This document shows, one piece after another, positions 55,098 to 64,000 of a stretch of 64,000 bases of DNA; within the stretch, counting starts at the first letter, position 1, and every line of letters begins with the position of its first letter. The position numbers and the translations under genes are program-made. The notes under the pieces were generated by a model. That model saw only the letters and a program-made list of their open reading frames with translations, had not been told where the DNA came from and did not search any database. The stretch is from a virus (lineage: Duplodnaviria; Caudoviricetes): the IMG/VR virus record IMGVR_UViG_3300031519_000013, positions 1-64,000 of that record; one strand, given 5' to 3'.

Positions 55098-56368
55098 GTC
55101 CCTTAGCATTTCATCGAAAACTACAAACGAAAGTTAGGTTAAATCCTCCTACACTTAGTATCGTTACACAACCTGTATCAAGTGGATCCATTCCTAATCT
55201 TGGATCCACTTCATTCACTGGATTAGCGACAGTTACCTTCCCAACAGTTATTGGGGTAGGAACAATTGGTTATGAATGGAGAGATAATTCAGGTGTCATT
55301 GGTGTTGGCACTCAGTTAACTTTATCTAACTTAACTGCTGCAAATGATAGTGGCAGAGAAATATTTCAACGTGCAATTTATTATCCAGACGCTACAAGAA
55401 CTGGTATTGAAACCTTTGAACCTGGTGCAAATAATTCACCGTTAGATTCTAATTCAGTTACTTTAAATGTAAGATCTGTTATTACATTCTCTCAGCAACC
55501 GACTGCTGATGGTGGCGAGTCTATAACTGATCAAACCATTGCCATCAGTCCTGCAACTCCAAATGGATCAGGAACGATTGATTTATCAACTGGTGATTTC
55601 AGCGACTTTGAACCAGGTGTTTCTTATACATTGACTCCTAGTTCAACAATGGTAATCAGTGCGGCCTTTGCAGGTGCAGCGGGACAAGATGGTGATTCAG
55701 GTGGTATTGGTGGAAAAGGTGGAAGAACTTCTGGAAAAGTAACTTTGCAGAAAGGATTTACTTACGTTCTAATTGCGGGAACATTGGGAACTGGTTATGG
55801 AGATAAATCATCATCAGGACCTGGACCATTTGATGTCAGTGGTGGTGGATATGGTAGTGGTACAAATGGTGGACAAGGTGGTGGATTCACTGGTCTCTTT
55901 GTGACATCAGTGTTGCAATCTAATTCATTATTGATTGCCGGTGGCGGTGGCGGAGCGGCTGGTGGAGTTAATAGAGTTGGTGGATCTGGTGGTGGATTAG
56001 TGGGTGGTGATGCTTCTAGTGCAAAGGGTGGCACACAAACCACAGGAGGTGATGGATTCTATGTTGATTATGGAGATCAATATGCATTTATGAATGGGGA
56101 AGCACTTCAAGGTGGTGATGCACAGGGATATGAATATGAAAATCAAAGTGGAACTTGGTTATATGGCACCTCCTCCTTCGGCGGTGGCGGCGGCGGTGGT
56201 GGATACTTTGGTGGTGGTGCCGGTCGTTCTGATAGTAATGCAGACCCTGTTTCTGATGGAGGTGGTGGAGGTTCTGGATACATTAATCCAGATCTTGTGA
56301 CAGATGGATCTTTTGGGTCGAGTGATAATGCAGATGCAGGAACAGTAACTCTTTCAAAGGTAAGTTAA
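55094..56368 (+). CDS. Ig-like plus glycine-rich adhesin-like tail protein
   Basis: SIVTQP/YEWR Ig-like start; GGGG-rich C-terminal half. Confidence 0.7.
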   Translation: MSPLAFHRKLQTKVRLNPPTLSIVTQPVSSGSIPNLGSTSFTGLATVTFPTVIGVGTIGYEWRDNSGVIGVGTQLTLSNLTAANDSGREIFQRAIYYPDATRTGIETFEPGANNSPLDSNSVTLNVRSVITFSQQPTADGGESITDQTIAISPATPNGSGTIDLSTGDFSDFEPGVSYTLTPSSTMVISAAFAGAAGQDGDSGGIGGKGGRTSGKVTLQKGFTYVLIAGTLGTGYGDKSSSGPGPFDVSGGGYGSGTNGGQGGGFTGLFVTSVLQSNSLLIAGGGGGAAGGVNRVGGSGGGLVGGDASSAKGGTQTTGGDGFYVDYGDQYAFMNGEALQGGDAQGYEYENQSGTWLYGTSSFGGGGGGGGYFGGGAGRSDSNADPVSDGGGGGSGYINPDLVTDGSFGSSDNADAGTVTLSKVS

Positions 56369-57883
56369 ATGGCGAACGTTAGTAAAATTTTCGCAAAAGG
56401 CACTATTATTGCCATTACTGCCAAGGCAGAAATTCCTGCGTCTGATGCCAACTTACTTCAATATAGTTGGAGAAAGAATGGGGCAGTTGTCACTAGTGTA
56501 CTTACATCTGGAACTGCAACATTAATCACATCAACACCTGGATCTTACGATGTGGTTGTTTCACACCCCAATGCAGACACAATTACATCTAATAGCTTTA
56601 ACCTCTTTTACAGAGAACCAGAGGATATTATTAGATTAATCTATCAAACTGGTGATTTTAGTAATATTGATTCCAATAGTGGAAATTTCACATCTTTCCA
56701 AGTAATTGATTGGAATATTGCTGAAAAAGAATTTGAAATGGGTCCTGGTGTAGGAGATGCTGCTAGATTTGGTAATCCAGCTGGTGGTTGGTGGAGAGTA
56801 TTTGCAAAAGAAAGAGATCTAAGTTTAGATGTTACTCTTAGAGGATCTTGTGGTGGTGAAGTTAGTAATTCAAGGATTTCTGGTCAGGGTGGGGAAGGAA
56901 CTTTAAGAAGAACTTTTGAAACAAATCAATTATATAGTTTTAGAATCGGTGATAGAAGAACTGGTGCAACTGATGACGTTCAATTGAATGGACCTAATGG
57001 TGGTAGAATTTTTAGTGGCAGTGGAGAATTTGGAGGTGGACAAACTTACATGAAACGTGGTGGTACTCTTGTTGCTGTATGTGGTGGTGGAGGAGGATCT
57101 GCAACAAATGCTGATGGTGGAGCTGGTGGTGGATTAAATGTGCCGGGAGAATCTGGACAAGGAAACGGGAGATCTGGTGGTAGTGTCTTTAATCCTGGTA
57201 CTCAGATTAGTTACTCTGGATACCCAAGAAATTTTGGTGTTCGTGCAATGACCAGATGTGGTCAAGATGCAAGAACTGGGGGAATGTTATGTACCTTTGA
57301 AAATAGTGCAGTTGACGTTCAGAACAATGGTGGATTTGGTGACAATAATGGTGGTGGAGGAGGATCAGGTCTTCAAGGTGGATCCGGTGGAAGATCTTCT
57401 AATGAAGGTGGATGTGGCGGATCAGGTTGGGCAAGTAGTGCTGTAACAGTTTTATCTGCATCGTTAGGTGGTGGTGGACAAGATCAGAATGGTAGTGTTA
57501 GAATTAGGCAGACTGGATTCAATAACTATATTGTTCAGTGGTATCATATTACCGGGGTAAGACAAGGACTTATACCAACATTTAACTTGACTAATAATGG
57601 CAACTTTACTGCAACAGTAACTCCACAAAACGTTGGTTTTGAAACTAATCAGGGACCAGAGTCTAGCAAACATTACTTAGTTGAATTTGAAGAACCATTC
57701 TCAAATACATTGTATAATATTACTTTTACTTTCATTGGAGATTTAACTGCCGCAGGGACACTAGTACCATCCTTTAATCCAATCATATTTGACAAGCAAG
57801 TTGGATCGTTTAGAGTTAAATTTGCAGATGCTGATGGAACACCTCATATTAGAGAGGCAATCTTCAAAGTAGAACCGGCATAA
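56369..57883 (+). CDS. Ig-like plus glycine-rich adhesin-like tail protein
   Basis: QYSWRKNG..GSYDVVVS; poly-Gly motifs; beta-rich C-terminal domain. Confidence 0.7.
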   Translation: MANVSKIFAKGTIIAITAKAEIPASDANLLQYSWRKNGAVVTSVLTSGTATLITSTPGSYDVVVSHPNADTITSNSFNLFYREPEDIIRLIYQTGDFSNIDSNSGNFTSFQVIDWNIAEKEFEMGPGVGDAARFGNPAGGWWRVFAKERDLSLDVTLRGSCGGEVSNSRISGQGGEGTLRRTFETNQLYSFRIGDRRTGATDDVQLNGPNGGRIFSGSGEFGGGQTYMKRGGTLVAVCGGGGGSATNADGGAGGGLNVPGESGQGNGRSGGSVFNPGTQISYSGYPRNFGVRAMTRCGQDARTGGMLCTFENSAVDVQNNGGFGDNNGGGGGSGLQGGSGGRSSNEGGCGGSGWASSAVTVLSASLGGGGQDQNGSVRIRQTGFNNYIVQWYHITGVRQGLIPTFNLTNNGNFTATVTPQNVGFETNQGPESSKHYLVEFEEPFSNTLYNITFTFIGDLTAAGTLVPSFNPIIFDKQVGSFRVKFADADGTPHIREAIFKVEPA

Positions 57884-57917
57884 ATAAGATATAAGACTGG
57901 GGGGAAAGTGAACTCCA

Positions 57918-58601
57918 ATGGCAATTAACAAAAATTTTGTTGTCAAGAACGGGTTAGAGGTCAATGCTGGCCAAATCTTTGCCGATTCTGCGAGCGCAAA
58001 AGTTGGTATTGGTAGTACATTACCCACAGTCGAACTTGATGTTCAAGGTGCCATTGCGGCGACGGATGTAGTTTCTTCTCTTTTGAGAGTTACTGGTTAT
58101 TCAACGCTTCCCCAGGTCACAGTAAATAATAATATGGTTATTAGTGGTATTACCACTGGTAATCATTTAAATGTATTAGGTATATCTTCATTATCAAATC
58201 TTAGAGTTGTTGGTGTATCAACTTTTGAGAATAACGTCAACCTTGATGGTAACGTTAATGTAACTGGATTTTCAACGTTTGTGGGTCTTACCTCAATCGC
58301 TGGAAACTTAAAGGTTGCAGGATTCTCAACATTTTCTAATTATATTCAGGCAACTGGTGGTGTCAACGTAGTTGGTACAGTTACTGCAACTGCTTTTGAT
58401 GGTGCTTTCTCTGGTACTGGTATTAATATTGGTATTCAGTCCGAAGGAACCACAGTCAGTACAGCAACATCAACTATTAACTTTGTTCCCGTCAATGCTT
58501 CTGTTCGGGTTGATGCTTCCGATGGTGGTGCTGGTATTACAACTGTCACTTTTCAGTCCAGTGGTATTTCATTAGGACTAGCCATCGCATTAGGCGCTTA
58601 A
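57918..58601 (+). CDS. Tail-fibre-like protein
   Basis: KNFVVKNGL, VGIGST, repeated V.G.STF fibre motif; ends LGLAIALGA. Confidence 0.7.
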   Translation: MAINKNFVVKNGLEVNAGQIFADSASAKVGIGSTLPTVELDVQGAIAATDVVSSLLRVTGYSTLPQVTVNNNMVISGITTGNHLNVLGISSLSNLRVVGVSTFENNVNLDGNVNVTGFSTFVGLTSIAGNLKVAGFSTFSNYIQATGGVNVVGTVTATAFDGAFSGTGINIGIQSEGTTVSTATSTINFVPVNASVRVDASDGGAGITTVTFQSSGISLGLAIALGA

Positions 58602-58632
58602 ACTATTATAACTATAATAAAGGACCAAAACA

Positions 58633-59184
58633 ATGCCAGAGTCGTTTGCAAACAAATCCCAAAGGAGAGTAGGTGTGACCACTACGGTCAGAACTGCTTC
58701 CATTGGTGTTTCTACTGATAGAATCACTAATATTTCAACGTTTAACGTTAATCCTGGTGCTCTGGTAGATGCAAATCAGTTTATTGGAGGAACTCGCGTT
58801 CTTTCAGTTAACGTTGCTTCAAACTTTGGCATCGGTGGATCTGTTACAGTAGACTCAACTTCTAATAATGTTGCTGCTGCTACTACTCAAACTGTTGGTT
58901 TTAATAGTGTTACGGCAATTGACACTCCCATTGAGAAATCTATCCTAGTTGCCGGGACACTTGCTAATAATACAAATGATCAACTGAAAGCATCTGTTAT
59001 TCTGTCACAACATAATAACGAGCACATTAACATTGTGCATGATGTTCCCATTCCTGCTGGATCTAGTTTAGTTTTATCTGATGCAGGTAAATTGGTTGTA
59101 GGTATCGGTAGCACTGTTTCAGTTTCTGTTAACACAAATTCTGGTGTCGATGTAGCACTTAGTTTCCTGAGAGGGGTAACCTGA
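58633..59184 (+). CDS. Virion-associated beta-sandwich protein
   Basis: N..IP.GSSL..K.V pattern, paralogous to 60855. Confidence 0.6.
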   Translation: MPESFANKSQRRVGVTTTVRTASIGVSTDRITNISTFNVNPGALVDANQFIGGTRVLSVNVASNFGIGGSVTVDSTSNNVAAATTQTVGFNSVTAIDTPIEKSILVAGTLANNTNDQLKASVILSQHNNEHINIVHDVPIPAGSSLVLSDAGKLVVGIGSTVSVSVNTNSGVDVALSFLRGVT

Positions 59185-59185
59185 T

Positions 59186-59779
59186 ATGGCAAAGATTGGA
59201 TACGTTGGCAATACACCGAACGCATCTTCGGTTGTTATTGCTAGACAATTCTATGAAGCTTCCGGAAGCGTAGGCATTGTTACATTTAATTCTGGATATA
59301 CACCAGGTTATCTGGATGTATACCTAAACGGAATTAAATTATTAGATGCAACTGACTATTCTGCCTCTGATGGTACAACTGTTAACTTCACTAGTGATCT
59401 TACTGACGGAGATGTTGTTGAGTTAACTGCCTATAAAGCATTAACACTTGGCAAATCTAATATTGGTATTAATTCTGCTGGCACAATAATTGCCGCAGAT
59501 GGTATCCAGACAATCAATTTCATTGGTGCTGGTAATACTTTCCTTCTTCGTGGAAATGAAATTGATATTTCTATCGAAGGTGGTGGTGCAATTGGTGTCT
59601 CATCTAATACATTTGGATCCCTAGTAGGAGCTGGATTTACACACTTCAACTTCGTTGGTGCAGCTGTTACTGCTCTGGGTAGTGGTGATGTCGGCGGTGC
59701 TAAAACTGCTGTCGTAACCATTAATAACACATTATCAATTGGCACTCGTGCAGGCATTCAATATATCGTTTTAACCTAA
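59186..59779 (+). CDS. Tail/baseplate-associated protein
   Basis: LDVYLNGIKL..DY.ASDGTTV..L..GDVVE motif. Confidence 0.65.
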   Translation: MAKIGYVGNTPNASSVVIARQFYEASGSVGIVTFNSGYTPGYLDVYLNGIKLLDATDYSASDGTTVNFTSDLTDGDVVELTAYKALTLGKSNIGINSAGTIIAADGIQTINFIGAGNTFLLRGNEIDISIEGGGAIGVSSNTFGSLVGAGFTHFNFVGAAVTALGSGDVGGAKTAVVTINNTLSIGTRAGIQYIVLT

Positions 59780-59802
59780 ATATCATAACATAGCGTAGAC
59801 TC

Positions 59803-60063
59803 ATGGCAGATAGAGTACCCCTAATTTTTAATACATCTGCACAGCAGATTCAAGAACTTGGGTCTGGTGATGGACTTGATTTATCTGGGTCTCAGTTAAA
59901 TACCGGAATTATGTCAGCAACGGCATATTCTACTCCGGACTCTGTTAACACCTCAATTACTCTGGACAATCCAGATTATAATTATATGCAGGTTGGTCCA
60001 ATTACTGTTGGTTTGGCTGCAACCATTACGGTTGGTGCTGGCGTTTCATATGTAGTAATCTGA
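59803..60063 (+). CDS. Small virion-associated protein
   Basis: YMQVGPITV..TITVG.G..VVI C-terminus. Confidence 0.6.
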   Translation: MADRVPLIFNTSAQQIQELGSGDGLDLSGSQLNTGIMSATAYSTPDSVNTSITLDNPDYNYMQVGPITVGLAATITVGAGVSYVVI

Positions 60064-60070
60064 GGTATTC

Positions 60071-60316
60071 ATGTCAACTTTAAGAGTTATCAAAATCACA
60101 AATAAAGATGATGATGGTCCGGTAGAATTTACCAAAGGTGCAATTCTGCCTGCTAACGAACAAATTGTCAGTTCAGATACTTTACAAACTGCTATTGAAG
60201 TATCAACATCTACCGGTGTTGTTACTGCAACATCATTTCACGGTAGTGGAATTGGTATTACCGGACTTAGTGGAACTTCCACAGGACTCGCTCTTGGTTT
60301 AATTTTAATCGGTTAA
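60071..60316 (+). CDS. Small fibre-like protein, tandem paralog 1
   Basis: MS.L.V..I..D; TATSF.G.G..TGL; GLAL tail. Confidence 0.65.
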   Translation: MSTLRVIKITNKDDDGPVEFTKGAILPANEQIVSSDTLQTAIEVSTSTGVVTATSFHGSGIGITGLSGTSTGLALGLILIG

Positions 60317-60320
60317 TAAT

Positions 60321-60554
60321 ATGTCTCAAATTAAGGTTGATCAGATTGTTCATTCCGACAACATTAATCCTCCTACAATTAGCTTTGGTGCCACATGTGT
60401 ATCAGGTCAAATTTTTAGTGCTCTCGGAGGAGTAACAGTATCTGGTGCTTGCACTGCCACGTCATTTGTTGGCGACGGATCAGCGTTGAGCGGTCTTCCT
60501 GTTGCTACGGTTGGGCAAATTATTGGTGCTATTATGTCAGGAACATCGAGGTAA
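60321..60554 (+). CDS. Small fibre-like protein, tandem paralog 2
   Basis: Same motif layout as its neighbours. Confidence 0.65.
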   Translation: MSQIKVDQIVHSDNINPPTISFGATCVSGQIFSALGGVTVSGACTATSFVGDGSALSGLPVATVGQIIGAIMSGTSR

Positions 60555-60557
60555 AAA

Positions 60558-60803
60558 ATGTCTAGAATCAGAGTAAATTCCCTTGTTAATAAGGACGATA
60601 CTGGTGGAGTTACCTTTCTTAAAGGTGGAAAAATTCCAGCTGGACAAATTTTTAAAGTTGAAGGAGGTATAACAGCAGCAGGCATCATGACTGCATCATC
60701 CTTCATTGGAAACGGTGCTGCATTGACTAACCTTAATACCATTACAGCATCTAGAACATATGGATTGGCACTAATCTTAGATCCATTACCATTTAGAGTC
60801 TAA
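60558..60803 (+). CDS. Small fibre-like protein, tandem paralog 3
   Basis: Same motif layout as its neighbours. Confidence 0.65.
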   Translation: MSRIRVNSLVNKDDTGGVTFLKGGKIPAGQIFKVEGGITAAGIMTASSFIGNGAALTNLNTITASRTYGLALILDPLPFRV

Positions 60804-60854
60804 TCTCTTTATTATAAATAATTCGAATAAAAATCACCACTACTTTATACTATC

Positions 60855-61250
60855 ATGGCCGGAGCTCCAAATATTGTAGGCGTCAGTACCATCACTGGCG
60901 TAACCACTGCATACAATCACGCATCTAATAATCCTATCTGTCTTGTCAGCAATCCTCTGGGTTCTGAGAGGGTATATAAGATTAATAACGTTACTATTTC
61001 AAACGTTGATACGACAAACGCTGGTTTGGCAACAGTTAAAACTCATGCCGGAACTGGTAGCTGGGGTTCGAATCCTGGTGCTGGCGTAAGTATTTCTGTT
61101 GTTAATCAATTGGGTATTGCAACAGGTGCATCTATCGTTGTTGTTGATAGAGCATCCTCGTTCTATATTCAAGAGAATGAGTCTTTATCCGTACAAGCAA
61201 ACGTTGCAAACTTATTGAACACCGTAATTTCTTATGAAATTATTCAGTGA
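60855..61250 (+). CDS. Virion-associated beta-sandwich protein
   Basis: TATAAATA upstream; YKIN..ISNVD, GAS.V..D, Y.QE..SL, ISYE. Confidence 0.65.
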   Translation: MAGAPNIVGVSTITGVTTAYNHASNNPICLVSNPLGSERVYKINNVTISNVDTTNAGLATVKTHAGTGSWGSNPGAGVSISVVNQLGIATGASIVVVDRASSFYIQENESLSVQANVANLLNTVISYEIIQ

Positions 61251-61281
61251 TTTCTAAGTAACACTACCTGGATCTATTTCA

Positions 61282-62367
61282 ATGCCAATTTCAAAGGGAA
61301 TCAACGGTTTAACAAAACTTGGAAGGCGACAAGCTGCTTATTTTACGGGCATAGCTTCTAATGATGCGGATAAAGTTTATACCACTGCGACTGGTGACGC
61401 ATATGAATACCAAACTGATGGCACCCTAACCATTAACGCTACCATTGTTAATGCAAATCATGTAAAAACTGGAACTGACATTAGAGATCGTAATTATATT
61501 GGAGTGGATCCTGGTTCATTCAATGGTGCTAAATCCGTAGAGTACCTCGCCACCGGTGGTGGCGGCAGTGGTGGCGGACTCTGGTCTCCTACGCTTGGTG
61601 GTGGCGGCGGTGGTGGTGGCGCTGCTATTCATGGAAATAGTCCCTTAGTTCCAGCACCATTAAGATCTGGTACTGCCTTCACATTTGTAAACAGTGGCGG
61701 TGTCGCCACCCGATTTAATGAGGTCAATGGTACTGTGGTTCTTGGGGCACTTGTAATTGACATAGGCGCTGGTGGCAGTAGCGGGTCTGCTGGTGAAACT
61801 ACCACTGCTGCTTTCCCAGTTCCATTTACTGCTGAACATGGATCCAGTAGTATTAGTGCTGAGGGTGGCGCTGGTGGTGGACAGGGTGGTGGTACTGCCG
61901 GATCTGCTAGTCCAGTAGGATCTGGCGGAGGTGGTGGATCCAACAACGGGGGCGCTGGTCCCGGTGGCCCAAGAGGAAATGCAGGAGGCGCTGGTGGCGG
62001 TCCTGGATATCAGGACAACCCCGGTGGTGGTGGAGGCGGTGGCGGTGGTTCAGGCGCCACCGGCTCCGCCGGTGGAAACGCCGGAGGCAGTGGTGCAACC
62101 GGTACAACATTGACTATTCCGGGTCGTCCAGTTAGTACAACACTTAGTCTTACCGGTGGTGGCGGCGGTGGTGGGCGAAGCGGACAACCTGGTCCAACGC
62201 ATGGAAATAGATATCCAAGTAAATCCAATGGTGGTGCCGGTACTGGTTCCGGTGCTGGCGGATCATCTGCTCCTAACACTAACGCTGCTGGTGGCGGAGG
62301 TGGCGGTGGATATAACTCAACTCCTGGTAGCGGCGGTAATGGGATTGTTATTATGGTAATAAACTAA
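61282..62367 (+). CDS. Glycine-rich adhesin-like protein
   Basis: VEYLATGGGGSGG, GGGGGGAA, IDIGAGG, GGNGIVI poly-glycine motifs. Confidence 0.75.
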   Translation: MPISKGINGLTKLGRRQAAYFTGIASNDADKVYTTATGDAYEYQTDGTLTINATIVNANHVKTGTDIRDRNYIGVDPGSFNGAKSVEYLATGGGGSGGGLWSPTLGGGGGGGGAAIHGNSPLVPAPLRSGTAFTFVNSGGVATRFNEVNGTVVLGALVIDIGAGGSSGSAGETTTAAFPVPFTAEHGSSSISAEGGAGGGQGGGTAGSASPVGSGGGGGSNNGGAGPGGPRGNAGGAGGGPGYQDNPGGGGGGGGGSGATGSAGGNAGGSGATGTTLTIPGRPVSTTLSLTGGGGGGGRSGQPGPTHGNRYPSKSNGGAGTGSGAGGSSAPNTNAAGGGGGGGYNSTPGSGGNGIVIMVIN

Positions 62368-62379
62368 TCATAATCTAAA

Positions 62380-62886
62380 ATGTCTATCAGATACTTTGCT
62401 AAAATTGATAAGAGCACGAATGAAATTTTACGTGTTCATATAAAAAATGATTCCAAACCAAATTGGGATTCATTTTTGAGTGATACTAGTTACACTTGGA
62501 AAGAAAGTTTTCCTACTGCTCCGCTAGGTATAGCAACGACTCGATATAATCCTGCAAGTATCGGATCAACATATTACGCTGATGCTGATGCATTCTTAGT
62601 GTCAAATCCTGGCATTGGAACGTCTAGAATTTTAAACAGTTCTACTTGGCAATGGGATCCTTCTGTTTCAGCACCATCGACACTTCCCAATATATACACG
62701 TGGGATGATGATTACTGTCAGTGGATTACTGTTTTTGGCCCTGGTAATAATGGTGGAATCGAGAACTCTGATCTTTTAGAAGATTTAGTTTCTCCTGCTG
62801 TTGGACCTGATGGAAGTAATGTTCCATATCTTACGCCAGTATATGCTCCTGATGGCACACAAGTGGGGACTGAACCCAAACTCTAA
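62380..62886 (+). CDS. Adhesin-partner / tail-fibre assembly-like protein
   Basis: YFAKID, WKES, RYNPASIGSTY..DAFL, W..Y.WD pattern typical downstream of Gly-rich genes. Confidence 0.6.
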   Translation: MSIRYFAKIDKSTNEILRVHIKNDSKPNWDSFLSDTSYTWKESFPTAPLGIATTRYNPASIGSTYYADADAFLVSNPGIGTSRILNSSTWQWDPSVSAPSTLPNIYTWDDDYCQWITVFGPGNNGGIENSDLLEDLVSPAVGPDGSNVPYLTPVYAPDGTQVGTEPKL

Positions 62887-62903
62887 ATTATTTCTTTTTT
62901 ATT

Positions 62904-64000
62904 ATGCCGTTGAGACCGATAATCAAATTCGATAAGAACAATAATTTAATTTTAACGAGAGATGTAGATATATCGCAAGATAGATTTGCTGCTTTTGGTA
63001 ACAGATATGTTGCCAATAAGTGGTGTGACACAGAGTTTTACTTTCAATCTGATAACGGGATTGGAACAGAAAATTTTTATAACAAAGTTCCTTGGTGTGA
63101 AATACAGGGATTTTCTAATGCCAAATATTATTGGGGAGAAGATGTCGCCAAGAAAGTAGAGGCAAAGGGATATATTTGTGGTGCAGCACCATTTGTATAT
63201 GGTGAGTTTTTATTTAATGATCCAAATCCAGAAAGAAAATATAAAACAGTATTTTTACCAAAATCTGATTATCCATATAAAACTAACATTAAAGAAAAAT
63301 GTCCAGAGATGGATAATTTTAGACAATTTTGTCTTGATTTAGATGGTGAAGATACAATTTTTATTTCTTATCCAATTGATTATACTGAGATTTGGAATTA
63401 TAGGTTACCAAGACAAATTTACGATAAAATTTGGATGAATGGTATGCATGGTTTTGATCGCATGTGGATACCAACTCTACAACAATTGATCAGAAGAAGT
63501 AAAGTCATTCATGTTCCATCTATATTTTCATCTACTGTTGCATATGCAACGTTTATGGGAACTCCTATTGAGTTTTATGATCATGATATCTATATTAGAG
63601 GGACAATACCTGATGATGAGCATCCAGCAGCTGTTCCATGGCAGGAAAAAATATCTAAGATGTACACTGTTGTTCCATCTGAAAAATCACCAGAGTGGAA
63701 TACATTCATGAGATATTTGACTGATTGTTTTCGTGGTGATGGTCCAGATAAGTATTTTTGGTTAACAAAATTGCTTTCATTGGAAAGAGTGAAACCACCC
63801 GAAGAATTGTATGAAGATCTATTGATTTTGCACAACAGATTTCTCCCCCATATCAAAAACAAAGAGGATAATCATAGATTCCCAGAATTTCCAATTAAAC
63901 CCTGTTCAGCATCTCACAATTTTTACAACCCACTGAAAGAAAAATGTGATATAATCATAGAGAAGTCAAAGAATGCATCTGATGATGCACATAGATATCT
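62904..64000 (+). CDS. AT-rich hypothetical protein, truncated by the window end; possible GT-B-like fold
   Basis: Manually read open frame from ATG 62904 to the edge with no stop; SSTVAYATFMGTPIEFY segment. Confidence 0.6.
   Translation, partial: MPLRPIIKFDKNNNLILTRDVDISQDRFAAFGNRYVANKWCDTEFYFQSDNGIGTENFYNKVPWCEIQGFSNAKYYWGEDVAKKVEAKGYICGAAPFVYGEFLFNDPNPERKYKTVFLPKSDYPYKTNIKEKCPEMDNFRQFCLDLDGEDTIFISYPIDYTEIWNYRLPRQIYDKIWMNGMHGFDRMWIPTLQQLIRRSKVIHVPSIFSSTVAYATFMGTPIEFYDHDIYIRGTIPDDEHPAAVPWQEKISKMYTVVPSEKSPEWNTFMRYLTDCFRGDGPDKYFWLTKLLSLERVKPPEELYEDLLILHNRFLPHIKNKEDNHRFPEFPIKPCSASHNFYNPLKEKCDIIIEKSKNASDDAHRY

Noticed and set aside
55700-62367. GGTGGC/GGTGGT repeats as a CRISPR array or DGR variable repeats
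   Set aside because: They are in-frame poly-Gly codons with no constant repeat-spacer period, and there is no reverse transcriptase or template repeat in the window

Overview
This 64-kb window is a segment of a T4-like cyanomyovirus genome (marine Synechococcus/Prochlorococcus phage). It is gene-dense and mostly on the + strand. In order it carries: two minus-strand exported or virion proteins; a pseudoknotted ncRNA abutting tRNA-Arg(TCT); talC; a roughly 14-kb, 16-gene GDP-sugar/glycosyltransferase operon (gmd, fcl/wcaG, a ColD-type His-for-Lys dehydratase, a GDP-mannose 3,5-epimerase, GT10/GT11/GT23-like/GT2/GT25 transferases, an amidotransferase and a methyltransferase) preceded by a tandem-pseudoknot leader; a small outer-membrane barrel; two hli genes; psbA and psbD; rimK; glutaredoxin; a tandem glutamine-II-riboswitch-like element with an ORF nested in its loop; thyX, phoH and an exonuclease; gp33, gp59 and gp32; the baseplate block (gp53, gp48, gp2-like, gp4, gp54-like, gp26, gp51, two tape-measure-like proteins with muralytic domains, gp27-like, gp5) with cp12 embedded in it; tRNA-Leu(TAA); and a tail-fibre/adhesin array. 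The best leads are a -1 frameshift signature joining gp26 to gp51, the nested riboswitch/ORF, a soluble three-L-sugar glycosylation system, and a 50-nt dispersed repeat. All family assignments come from motif recognition by eye; no database search was run.
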